Shown here in pieces: positions 39,203-47,733 of a stretch of 64,000 bases of DNA; the stretch's first letter is position 1, and the number at the start of each line of letters is the position of its first letter. Source of the stretch: an uncultured Rhodobiaceae bacterium (GTDB lineage Bacteria > Pseudomonadota > Alphaproteobacteria > Rhizobiales > TMED25). The translations under genes and the position numbers were made by a program. The DNA is taken from positions 35,225-99,224 of the forward strand of contig CAJWEW010000001.1 in assembly GCA_913030915.1 (NCBI GenBank). The letters are read 5' to 3'. Under the pieces are notes generated by a model. The model searched no databases and was not told the DNA's origin. It worked only from the letters and a program-made list of their open reading frames with translations.

Positions 39203-40444
39203 TCAAAGTAATTTATGTATGATTTTCCTCTGCTCTTTTTTTGGCTTTTCCATAAAGATATCGATCATCTCATAGAATTCATTCATGCTCATTCCGAATG
39301 AAACTTCGAATGCTGACTCCCAGCCAACTATTGGTACATTGCCGTAGTATGATTTAAAACTATCTATAAAGTTCTCATTACCAATTTGGCTCTCAAGGAC
39401 CGCTAATGCAATAGCTGCGGTCTCATACTGCAGCCACCCTTGGCATTCTTCACAAATACTTCTCACGTTTGCTTGATCTTGCCGCGTCGCAATATCACGG
39501 AGAGTAAATTTGTGGATCCTATTGACTTTTATTGCAGCATCTAGTGCCTCATTGAGGAAATCTTTATAATGATTGTTATAGCCATCTTGGTAGGTAAATT
39601 TTTGAGCTAATCCTTCAGCAAATCCTTCTTCAAGCCATACTGGTCCATGAGAGTATTCTTCTGTCAACCCTGCTTGCTCGGCAGCAATGTCATTACCCCA
39701 TAAAAAGAACCCATTCTGATATACGTGAATATATTCGTGCGCACTGGTAATGATGGAGCGGCCTTCTTTTGTAGATCTATTATCTTCACTAAAAACTGCG
39801 GATTGGTATCTGATATTCTGACCGATCCCATGTGAAGGATTATGTGCTGCGCCACAACATCCAAAATTCGGGAAATCATTCATAGCATTTTCAAAGCAGT
39901 TTTCAAATGGCTCTTCGGTATATTTATCAGCAGAATTACAGTAGATTTTAGCAATTTCTTCAACGTCTACAACAAACCCTTTTTCTTCGTTATTGCCAAC
40001 TAAGTAGACGTGATAGGGACCATAATTGCCGAGACGACTTGATACGATTTCAATTCCTCTAGTTACAGCGTTTATTGACTCATCACTAAATACACTCGTA
40101 GCAAAGATTAGCGGGGGGTATTCCGTCTTTGCGCTATTCATCAAGCACTCCGCTATTTTAACTTTATCCTTTTCAGGGGGAACACCGTTTTGAGCATCTC
40201 TAAGATTATCTAGTATATCCTCGTATCCATGCCAACAATCATATCCTACATAATTAGGAAGACTATTATCTAAAGCCATGAATAAGGGTTTTATATTATT
40301 TGAATATTTTTCAGTAGAATTAGAAGCGTTTGCCCATAGAACCAAAAGCCAAGAAAACACTGTTAACCAAATTAAGTTATTTTTTTTCACTCTACTCATT
40401 AGATGCTCACTATTGAATATATCACATATGTTCTTGCTGTCCAT
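39203..40444 (-). CDS. Putative secreted gluzincin-type zinc metalloprotease (HExxH...WLEEGFAE)
   Basis: 413 aa. The probable real start is the Met at 40399 ('MSRVKKNNLIWLTVFSWLLVLWANA', signal-peptide-like). 'SAHEYIHVY' followed 32 residues later by 'WLEEGFAEGLA'. The gene lies 6 bp upstream of the TPR/GT9-like gene in transcription order. Confidence 0.55.
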   Translation of the reverse strand: MDSKNICDIFNSEHLMSRVKKNNLIWLTVFSWLLVLWANASNSTEKYSNNIKPLFMALDNSLPNYVGYDCWHGYEDILDNLRDAQNGVPPEKDKVKIAECLMNSAKTEYPPLIFATSVFSDESINAVTRGIEIVSSRLGNYGPYHVYLVGNNEEKGFVVDVEEIAKIYCNSADKYTEEPFENCFENAMNDFPNFGCCGAAHNPSHGIGQNIRYQSAVFSEDNRSTKEGRSIITSAHEYIHVYQNGFFLWGNDIAAEQAGLTEEYSHGPVWLEEGFAEGLAQKFTYQDGYNNHYKDFLNEALDAAIKVNRIHKFTLRDIATRQDQANVRSICEECQGWLQYETAAIALAVLESQIGNENFIDSFKSYYGNVPIVGWESAFEVSFGMSMNEFYEMIDIFMEKPKKEQRKIIHKLL

Positions 40445-40494
40445 CGGACTGATTTTATTGTATCATGTTATTTTTATAGGTGTTAGGCAAAGCA

Positions 40495-41481
40495 ATGAAA
40501 AAATTATTAGCAATTCCACTTATCTTATTTCTATTTATTTCACCTTCGATATCTCATGATGAGGAAGTTTACACCTTGGAGGGCCAATGGATGGTCTATT
40601 CAAATGATGATAATTTCATACATTATAAGGATCAGAATCAGTCATTACAAAGAGAAGATGGTGATGATATAGATGGCAGATCCTTTTATGATGAAGCGGA
40701 CACAAGCAGCGATTATCAAGTCCATGCCATTTATATCCTAGCTGCTGACTCAAAGGATAAAAAATATGATGTCAACGGAACGATTGAAGATATTGTTTCT
40801 AAAGGTAATGTTCATCTAAAAAAATACACAAATCAGCAACAATTCAGATTAGATTATAAAGAAAACGGAAAGTTGGATGTTAGTTTCATTAGAGTCAGCA
40901 AAACGCGTAAAGAAATCAATAAAATAGAAAATGGTGCAGGCTATTTTACAGGAATGGCAATCAGTCGTGGCTTCAATAATCCGAGAAAACTATATGCGAT
41001 TTTTTACCAGGATAAATACAAAAGAGAGTGGGGACAAGTGGGGGATTCGATTCTCGAAACACCAAATGGGAGTATTGAGATTAATGCTGGTGTTGTATAT
41101 CTTGGAGCAGAGAAGACAAGTGATGCTTGGGTTCCTCATTTGCATGAACTATTCCATGCAATAGGTTTTGTACAATTATGTGCGCCAGGTGCAGTGACAG
41201 AAAGAAACTCTCGTTGGGGGAAAAATGATCATCTTAATTACAAGAATGACATAATGAGTGATAGGGGTGGAGACAAAAAGTATATTGATAAGAAAAGAAG
41301 TGAATATTATAGCCATTCCAATCTAAATTGCGAGCTTGATATTGAAAAAAGTGCATTCATGGAGCCCACAAAAGAAGATTATCAATTACAGCCGTTTTCG
41401 CCATCATGTAAGCTTACTAGGTGGCAGCCAAATTATAATCATCAGAGATCACTAGATTGTCTAGCAAAATTAGACTTTTAA
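40495..41481 (+). CDS. Putative secreted metzincin/astacin-like metalloprotease with non-canonical third ligand
   Basis: The track ORF starts at 40480 (GTG). The ATG at 40495 gives the signal peptide 'MKKLLAIPLILFLFISPSISH'. The motif 'HLHELFHAIGFVQ' follows HExxHxxGF but has Gln where metzincins have His or Asp. Confidence 0.5.
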   Translation: MKKLLAIPLILFLFISPSISHDEEVYTLEGQWMVYSNDDNFIHYKDQNQSLQREDGDDIDGRSFYDEADTSSDYQVHAIYILAADSKDKKYDVNGTIEDIVSKGNVHLKKYTNQQQFRLDYKENGKLDVSFIRVSKTRKEINKIENGAGYFTGMAISRGFNNPRKLYAIFYQDKYKREWGQVGDSILETPNGSIEINAGVVYLGAEKTSDAWVPHLHELFHAIGFVQLCAPGAVTERNSRWGKNDHLNYKNDIMSDRGGDKKYIDKKRSEYYSHSNLNCELDIEKSAFMEPTKEDYQLQPFSPSCKLTRWQPNYNHQRSLDCLAKLDF

Positions 41482-41498
41482 AATTTAAAACTTTATGA

Positions 41499-41574
41499 TG
41501 GTGGAGCCAGGGGGGCTCGAACCCCCGACCTCTTCGCTGCCAGCGAAGCGCTCTCCCAACTGAGCTATGGCCCC
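41499..41574 (-). tRNA. tRNA-Ala (anticodon GGC), CCA encoded
   Basis: The reverse complement 'GGGGCCATAGCTCAGTTGGGAGAGCGCTTCGCTGGCAGCGAAGAGGTCGGGGGTTCGAGCCCCCCTGGCTCCACCA' folds as a 76-nt cloverleaf: 7-bp acceptor with the G3:U70 Ala identity pair, anticodon loop CTGGCAG, and T-loop TTCGAGC. Confidence 0.95.
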
Positions 41575-41658
41575 TTATTAGCAAAATAACATAAATATAA
41601 GTTTCATTAAATACAGAATCTTTTTTTGATAATATTTAATCGCAATAAAAAATATATC

Positions 41659-42093
41659 TCATTTACAATAGCTCGGAAGGGGTAATTCTCTTGACGCCTC
41701 TGTCTCGAAGATTTTATACTTCCCTTTTGAATATCTTTTGCAATCTCTCGCGCAACCATTCTCTATTATTTTTTGTTGTAAATCTTCGGTTTTACCTTTT
41801 TTTGAGACTGCACAAATACCAACATGCCGGTCGTAGGTCATATCACCTGTTAATTTGCATGAGATAGCATCGAATTCAGAGATAATTTTTTCTACTGTAT
41901 TTTTGCAAGATTTATAGGTCTTATGACCTCTTTCTGCGGCGGATATCCCATTCAAGCGTATTTTTATATCGCAAAGTTTTATTGTGTCTGCATCTATTAC
42001 ATTCACATTACGGGAAGCGCAATTAATTTCTTTACTATGCGAAAGAGAGGTATAACTTATTAGAATAATTATTATGTAAGCCAGTCTTTTCAT
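41659..42093 (-). CDS. Secreted thermonuclease (SNase)-like protein, Cys-rich
   Basis: 144 aa with signal peptide 'MKRLAYIIIILISYTSLSHS'. 'VIDADTIKLCDIKIRLNGISAAERG' parallels the SNase 'DGDT...RL.GIDAPE' block, and 'YDRHVGIC' parallels 'DRYGR'. Confidence 0.6.
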   Translation of the reverse strand: MKRLAYIIIILISYTSLSHSKEINCASRNVNVIDADTIKLCDIKIRLNGISAAERGHKTYKSCKNTVEKIISEFDAISCKLTGDMTYDRHVGICAVSKKGKTEDLQQKIIENGCARDCKRYSKGKYKIFETEASRELPLPSYCK

Positions 42094-42154
42094 GATTCCA
42101 TATTCATTTGGATTGTGTAGTATCTTATCATATTAGAATTAGAGAAAAATAAAA

Positions 42155-42814
42155 TTGAAAATGAACAAAGCAGAACGCGTAAAAAATATTCTTGAAATAT
42201 TGGACAGGATATATCCTGATCCTCCCATCCCGCTTGATCATAAGAATATATTTGAATTGCTCATCTCGGTACTGCTAAGCGCTCAATGTACGGACATTAG
42301 AGTGAATCAAGTTACGCCGAACCTCTTTCAGTTAGCAAATAATGCGAAAGATATGAGTCGTCTTGATTTAAATGTAATTTATGAAATAATAAGACCCTGT
42401 GGCTTAGCGCCCCAAAAATCATCAGCGATAAAGGAGCTGTCCAAAATATTGATCAGAGATTTTAATGGTCAAGTACCGGATACTTATGAAAAGTTAGAGA
42501 TTTTACCTGGTGTGGGTCATAAGACCGCATCAGTTGTAATGTCTCAAGGCCATGGCTACCCTGCTTTTCCAGTTGATACTCATATTCACCGGCTAGCTCA
42601 GAGATGGGGTCTCACAAATGGAAAAAGCGTTGTTCAAACAGAAAAAGATTTGAAGAGGTTATTTCCGAAAGAAAACTGGAATAGATTACATCTACAAATT
42701 ATATTTTATGGTCGTGAATATTGCCAAGCCAGAGCTTGTTTTGGTATTGATTGCGAAATCTGCACAACTTGTTACCCTGGTAGAAAAAAACCAATCAAGG
42801 TTAGGAAACCTTAA
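42155..42814 (+). CDS. nth: Endonuclease III (HhH-GPD DNA glycosylase/AP lyase)
   Basis: 219 aa. 'LISVLLSAQCTD', HhH 'LPGVGHKTASVV', 'FPVDTHIHR' and a C-terminal Cys cluster. Confidence 0.9.
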   Translation: MKMNKAERVKNILEILDRIYPDPPIPLDHKNIFELLISVLLSAQCTDIRVNQVTPNLFQLANNAKDMSRLDLNVIYEIIRPCGLAPQKSSAIKELSKILIRDFNGQVPDTYEKLEILPGVGHKTASVVMSQGHGYPAFPVDTHIHRLAQRWGLTNGKSVVQTEKDLKRLFPKENWNRLHLQIIFYGREYCQARACFGIDCEICTTCYPGRKKPIKVRKP

Positions 42815-42889
42815 GGGATAATATGAAATGTAAACCATTAAACTATCTAAAACGTTTTATTGATACAAATTTTTACAAGGACAAATAAT

Positions 42890-43327
42890 ATGAATAGATT
42901 TACGCTGTTTTTTACTCTAGTCACCCTGTTTTTTATACATAATAACGTGTTCGCTGCAACATATGATGTCGAAATGTTAAATAAAAGAGATGATGGGGAA
43001 AAGATGGTTTATTCTGAAGATGTTTTATATGTTGACCTAAATGATACAGTTAATTGGCTAACTACTTCGCCTGGACACAACGTAGAGTTTATTAGCGCCC
43101 CAGAAAGCGCGGTTCTTCCAAAGAAACCATCTAAGGTGAATAAAGAATTCAGTTATACCTTCGATGAGCCTGGTATATATCTATACCAATGTTCTCCGCA
43201 CAAGAGCATGGGCATGATCGCATTGGTCGTTGTGGATGGGGATCTCTCAAATATCGATGATATTGCATCTACGAGAGTTGTTGGAAAAAGTAAGAAAAAG
43301 CTCGAAGCACTCATAGCTGGCTTGTAG
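42890..43327 (+). CDS. Pseudoazurin (type-1 blue copper protein)
   Basis: The track ORF starts at 42860 (TTG). The ATG at 42890 gives the signal peptide 'MNRFTLFFTLVTLFFIHNNVFA'. Copper ligands are in 'PGHNVEF' and 'YQCSPHKSMGM'. Confidence 0.85.
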   Translation: MNRFTLFFTLVTLFFIHNNVFAATYDVEMLNKRDDGEKMVYSEDVLYVDLNDTVNWLTTSPGHNVEFISAPESAVLPKKPSKVNKEFSYTFDEPGIYLYQCSPHKSMGMIALVVVDGDLSNIDDIASTRVVGKSKKKLEALIAGL

Positions 43328-43357
43328 TATAACCATATATTAAAATCTGGTGAAACT

Positions 43358-44335
43358 ATGGATAAAGTCGCCGTAATTGGAGCCGGTATATCTGGCCTTG
43401 CCTTAGCTAACAAGTTAAAAAAACATTTTGAAGTTGTCGTTTTTGAAAAATCACGCGGCTATGGGGGACGTGTTGCCACAAGAAGAGCTGGTGAATTTAT
43501 ATTCGACCATGGAGCTCAGTTTTTCAAAGTTAAAACAGATGAATTTAGGGAATACATAAAACCTATGATTGATCAGGGCGTCGTCGATATTTGGAAAGCA
43601 CGTTTTGTTGAAATTGATAATGGTAAAATTACGAATAATCGCATCTGGGGGGATGACCCATCAAATTACATTGGAACGCCCTCCATGAATTCTATTGGAA
43701 AGTATATGGCAGATGGATTGGACGTAAGGTTGTCAGACAAAGTAGCAAATGTTGCCCAAGGTACAAAATGGGAACTATATGATGAAGCTGGTGCTAACAT
43801 TGGTGAGTTTGATTGGGTAGTTTCTGCAATACCGCCCAAGCAAGTAATTGAAATGATACCTGATGTGATTAATTTATACAGTAAAATCAGTAGTTACGAG
43901 ATGCTTGCATGTTACTCGCTAATGCTTGGTTACGAAGAAAAAATGGATATAGGATTTGATGCCGCACTAATAAAGGGAGCAGATATTAGCTGGCTATCGG
44001 TAAACTCATCAAAGCTCCCAGGCGCAAATAATACAACTTTTCTGATTCACTCAACCAACAAATGGGCATCACAGAATATTGATAGGGATAGGGATTGGGT
44101 AAAGGGTTATCTCTGCAATGAATTATCAAACTTAGTTCCGATAAAAACAGAAAGCGCGAATTATATTGGTTTACAAGGCTGGCGTTATGCAAATATAAAG
44201 AAACAAAATAATATTGAATTTTTTTTGGATAAAGATAATAAATTTGGTCTTTGTGGAGACTGGTTTGTTCAAGGTAGGATTGAAGCCGCTTATTTAAGTG
44301 GTTCTCATTTAGGCGATCAAATGCTGATATCCTAA
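43358..44335 (+). CDS. NAD(P)/FAD-dependent oxidoreductase (amine-oxidase/renalase-like, COG3380-type)
   Basis: 325 aa. Dinucleotide fold 'VAVIGAGISGLALANKL...VVVFEKSRGYGGR' and C-terminal 'CGDWF..GRIEAAYLSG'. Confidence 0.75.
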   Translation: MDKVAVIGAGISGLALANKLKKHFEVVVFEKSRGYGGRVATRRAGEFIFDHGAQFFKVKTDEFREYIKPMIDQGVVDIWKARFVEIDNGKITNNRIWGDDPSNYIGTPSMNSIGKYMADGLDVRLSDKVANVAQGTKWELYDEAGANIGEFDWVVSAIPPKQVIEMIPDVINLYSKISSYEMLACYSLMLGYEEKMDIGFDAALIKGADISWLSVNSSKLPGANNTTFLIHSTNKWASQNIDRDRDWVKGYLCNELSNLVPIKTESANYIGLQGWRYANIKKQNNIEFFLDKDNKFGLCGDWFVQGRIEAAYLSGSHLGDQMLIS

Positions 44336-45136
44336 TTACTTTGCCTTATTCCAATATTCCAATATTTTTGGGAATGCATCTTTACCATTTTGAGCCCTCT
44401 GATCTGCAGTGACATCTCCCCAATCATATATTGCTTTTTTATATGCAGATCTTTTTTTAATTTTCTCATACCAATTATCAAGATATTTGAAATCTTTCCA
44501 TAAGGGTCTCATCATAAAGGAGTCCAGTCGATGTAAATAAACAACAAATGAGATATCCGCCAACGAGTAGTTATCACCAGATAGCCACGTATTTTTACTT
44601 AAATGTTCATCCATTTCCACGAAGAGTGACTTAAATTCAATCATTGCCTCTTCTAGAAGGGGCGACTCTATTCCCATTTCAATATTTATTTGGTCATTTT
44701 TTTTGCGAACTTTATCTTTCATTTCTTTGTAGTATTTTTTAATCTGCCCTGGGTCTTTCTTTTTATAAATATGCCTGTTCACGAGACATACACCAATTGT
44801 TCGACTTGCGACGTGGATCCCTTCATCTATTTTACGCATCCAAAGACGCATCTGGGCAAGATCTTCTGGCTTTGATGGTTTTAATTTCGGATTTCCGCCA
44901 TATTTTTCCTCAAGGTATTCAATAATTACTAAAGATTCGGGTATTGCAAGGTTATCATCGATAATCACTGGAACAAGGCCTTTGGGATTTAGCTCATAAA
45001 AATTTTTTGGAAGCTGATCAATATCTCCCAGCGCGGTATCTACAATTATACTTTCCCAGGGAATAGATTTTTCTTCGAGACACAGACGCACCCTTTGAGC
45101 TGCACTAGTTCTGTCGTAATGAAAAAGAGTAAGCAT
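44336..45136 (-). CDS. Glutathione S-transferase family protein
   Basis: 266 aa. GST-N 'NPKGLVPVIIDDNLAIPESLVIIEYLEEKY' and a GST-C-like helical half. Its stop abuts the convergent upstream gene's stop (44335/44336). Confidence 0.75.
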   Translation of the reverse strand: MLTLFHYDRTSAAQRVRLCLEEKSIPWESIIVDTALGDIDQLPKNFYELNPKGLVPVIIDDNLAIPESLVIIEYLEEKYGGNPKLKPSKPEDLAQMRLWMRKIDEGIHVASRTIGVCLVNRHIYKKKDPGQIKKYYKEMKDKVRKKNDQINIEMGIESPLLEEAMIEFKSLFVEMDEHLSKNTWLSGDNYSLADISFVVYLHRLDSFMMRPLWKDFKYLDNWYEKIKKRSAYKKAIYDWGDVTADQRAQNGKDAFPKILEYWNKAK

Positions 45137-45138
45137 TA

Positions 45139-46617
45139 TTAGATTTCTTTTGACGGTGTAGTTAGGTTTATGCTTATATTTTTTCTTTGAGTGAAGCTAT
45201 CAAGCATCCCTTCAAGTGAAAATTCACGACCAATACCTGATTGCTTAAATCCACCATACGAATGTCCAGGGGCCTGTGCTAGACCTTGATTAACCTGTAC
45301 CCATCCAGACTCAATTGCATGAGCTGCATTTATGCCTCTTGTTATGTCTCTTGTCCAAACGTATGCGGCTAAACCATAGTGACTTTGATTTGCCATTTTT
45401 ATGACTTCCTCCTCGTCATCCCACGGAATTGCAACAAGTACGGGACCAAAAATTTCTTCCTTTGCAAGACGCCATTCATTTGATTTATTTCTGAAGATAG
45501 TTGGTATTGTGAAATACCCTTCACTAAGTGGTCCATCTTCCGGGGGCATGCCTCCACAAATAACCTCAGTGTTTTTATTATCTAAACCGTCTGAAATGTA
45601 GTCACAAACTTTTGTAAATTGTTTTTTATTTATGATAGTTCCTATATCAGTATCTTCATCGAGTGGATTACCGATGATTAGTTTATCAAGTTTCTCCGAC
45701 AATTTACCAATAAAACTATCAAATATTTTTTTGTGTAGGAATAATCTTGAACCTGCTGTACAAGATTGGCTTTGCCTTGTAAATCTCATGGCGCCAATAA
45801 TCCCATCAACTGTCCAATCTTCATTTACATCAGGATAAACAACCGAAGGACTTTTTCCTCCTAGCTCAAGAGATACAGGTAAAATTCGCTCCGCAGCTGC
45901 CCTCATGACAAGTTTTCCAACTTCCGTTGATCCCGTGAAGGATAACTTGTTTATTTCAGGGTGATATGCAAGCGGCTCACCACATTCAGGACCAGTTCCC
46001 GTTAAAAGGTTTAGAACGCCAGGTGGTATGAATTTTTGACAAATTTCAGCTATTTTTAGAATTGCCAACGGGGCGTCTTCAGCAGCCTTCATTACAAGTG
46101 TATTTCCAGCGCATAATGCGGGTGCAATTTTGCAGGCACCAAGCATAACAGGGGCATTCCATGGAATTATTGCACCAACTACACCTAAGGGTTCACGCCT
46201 TGTATAACTTAATACATGTTCTCCAAGTGGGATAGTCTCACCCTTCAATTCTGAGGATAATCCACCAAAATATCTGAATATATCAACTACAAGATTAATT
46301 TCCGGTCTTGCTTGGGTTTTTATTGCATTTCCGGTTTCAGTTGCAATAATTTTTGCAATATCTTCTTTTTCAATTTCTATGGCATCCGCTATCTTGAGAA
46401 GTATTCTGCCTCTCTCTTTAGGCATTACTTTTGACCAAGATCCGAATGCTTTCAGAGACGATTTTACAGCTATATCAACGTCAGACTCATTACCCCGCGG
46501 AACACTGGCAAATATCCTCTTATTTGCAGGGCACTCAATTCCAATCGTCTTTTCTGTTGCGCCATTTGTAAACTTACCATCTATGATCATTTGGTGATTT
46601 TTTATTTTCTGACTCAT
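45139..46617 (-). CDS. NAD(P)+-dependent aldehyde dehydrogenase
   Basis: 492 aa. 'LELGGKSP', 'RFTRQSQSCTAGSRLF' (catalytic Cys region) and 'EEIFGPV'. Separated from the GST gene by a 2-bp gap. Confidence 0.9.
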   Translation of the reverse strand: MSQKIKNHQMIIDGKFTNGATEKTIGIECPANKRIFASVPRGNESDVDIAVKSSLKAFGSWSKVMPKERGRILLKIADAIEIEKEDIAKIIATETGNAIKTQARPEINLVVDIFRYFGGLSSELKGETIPLGEHVLSYTRREPLGVVGAIIPWNAPVMLGACKIAPALCAGNTLVMKAAEDAPLAILKIAEICQKFIPPGVLNLLTGTGPECGEPLAYHPEINKLSFTGSTEVGKLVMRAAAERILPVSLELGGKSPSVVYPDVNEDWTVDGIIGAMRFTRQSQSCTAGSRLFLHKKIFDSFIGKLSEKLDKLIIGNPLDEDTDIGTIINKKQFTKVCDYISDGLDNKNTEVICGGMPPEDGPLSEGYFTIPTIFRNKSNEWRLAKEEIFGPVLVAIPWDDEEEVIKMANQSHYGLAAYVWTRDITRGINAAHAIESGWVQVNQGLAQAPGHSYGGFKQSGIGREFSLEGMLDSFTQRKNISINLTTPSKEI

Positions 46618-46668
46618 TCTTCCCTCAGCATATTTAAACTTTTTGATATCATATACTCACAGTAAATT

Positions 46669-47073
46669 TTAATCAATTGCTTGGTTGATAGTTTTACAAA
46701 TATCCTCTTTGCATTCCATTCGCTTTATTATTTGATTATTGGAGTCATAAATTAGTCTAACACCATTCATTTTTCCGTCGCGGTAATTTATTTCTGATTT
46801 TTTAGTTGAGTCAATATTATAGAAAGTCCACAAGCCTTCCTTTAGCCCATCTTTATAATTACCCTCATACCAAACAGTATTATTAATATCCCAGATACAC
46901 AAACTTTTTCCCGTATACGGTTTTTCAGATTCCTTGAGAAATAGGACTCCATATCTTTTTTTTCCATCGAGATCATCGCATATTGTTTGTGAACTGACTA
47001 TAGCAAAAAAAATAAGGATGAGTATCAGAAAGAAAAAAAGAAGATATTGTATTTTTTTTTCAAATTTAATCAA
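46669..47073 (-). CDS. Membrane-anchored MORN-repeat (YwqK-like) protein
   Basis: 134 aa with an N-terminal TM helix. Repeats 'YEGNYKDGLKEGLWTFY' and 'INYRDGKMNGVRLIY'. 4-bp overlap with the upstream alkA-like gene. Confidence 0.6.
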   Translation of the reverse strand: MIKFEKKIQYLLFFFLILILIFFAIVSSQTICDDLDGKKRYGVLFLKESEKPYTGKSLCIWDINNTVWYEGNYKDGLKEGLWTFYNIDSTKKSEINYRDGKMNGVRLIYDSNNQIIKRMECKEDICKTINQAID

Positions 47074-47705
47074 TATTCCACAAGCTCATCATCTATGACC
47101 TGCCAGAGATACCATGTAGCTACAGTTCGATACGGTCGCCACTTATCTGATATTTGACTGATTTTCTCAATTTGGCTGATTTTCTCAAAATGATCCAAGT
47201 TGTAAACTTTCTTTATTGCATTGATCAAGCCTATATCCCCGAGTGGGAGGATGTCGGGACTCATTTTAAAGAATATGAGGAACATCTCTATTGTCCATGG
47301 ACCAATACCTTTGATGGCAATAAGGTTTGACTTTATTGTTTCTTCATTCGCATTTAAAAAATATTCTTTTGAAGAGATATCTGGATTTTCTTTAAAGTAG
47401 CTTGATATGTTGTAAAGATAATTGATTTTTTGACGCGAAAGCCCACTCTCTCTGAGTGCTTGATTGTCAATGGATAAAACCATACTCGGTGAAACATCTC
47501 CTAATAATAGTTGTGAGAGCTTTTTATGGATACTCTGCGCCGCCTTAACTGAGATTTGTTGTCCAACAATCGATTTTAGTAAAGTCCCAAAGGGGTCCAC
47601 TCTTGATTTAAGGATATTTTCTTGATTTCGTTCAATAACTGATTTAAGGATTGAGTCTTCTTTTTTGAGCTTTATGATCGCTCTTTTCCAGTATTCAGGT
47701 TCCAT
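47070..47705 (-). CDS. DNA-3-methyladenine glycosylase II family (AlkA-like HhH-GPD)
   Basis: 211 aa. 'IVGQQISVKAAQSI', HhH 'IAIKGIGPWTIEMFLIF' and 'DILPLGDIGL'. Confidence 0.8.
   Translation of the reverse strand: MEPEYWKRAIIKLKKEDSILKSVIERNQENILKSRVDPFGTLLKSIVGQQISVKAAQSIHKKLSQLLLGDVSPSMVLSIDNQALRESGLSRQKINYLYNISSYFKENPDISSKEYFLNANEETIKSNLIAIKGIGPWTIEMFLIFFKMSPDILPLGDIGLINAIKKVYNLDHFEKISQIEKISQISDKWRPYRTVATWYLWQVIDDELVEY
47154..47189. repeat. 18-bp tandem duplication (2 copies, 1 mismatch) inside the alkA-like gene
   Basis: 'TTTGACTGATTTTCTCAA' at 47154-47171 is followed by 'TTTGGCTGATTTTCTCAA' at 47172-47189. On the minus strand this encodes 'EKISQIEKISQI'. Confidence 0.9.
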
Positions 47706-47733
47706 CTGCTGATCGCGTCAAAGTGAAGTTGTG

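Noticed and set aside
40278-40559. 93-aa plus-strand ORF across the divergent metalloprotease promoter region
   Set aside because: It is mostly antisense to the signal-peptide region of the 39203-40444 gene and out of frame with the 40495 gene. It has no independent support.
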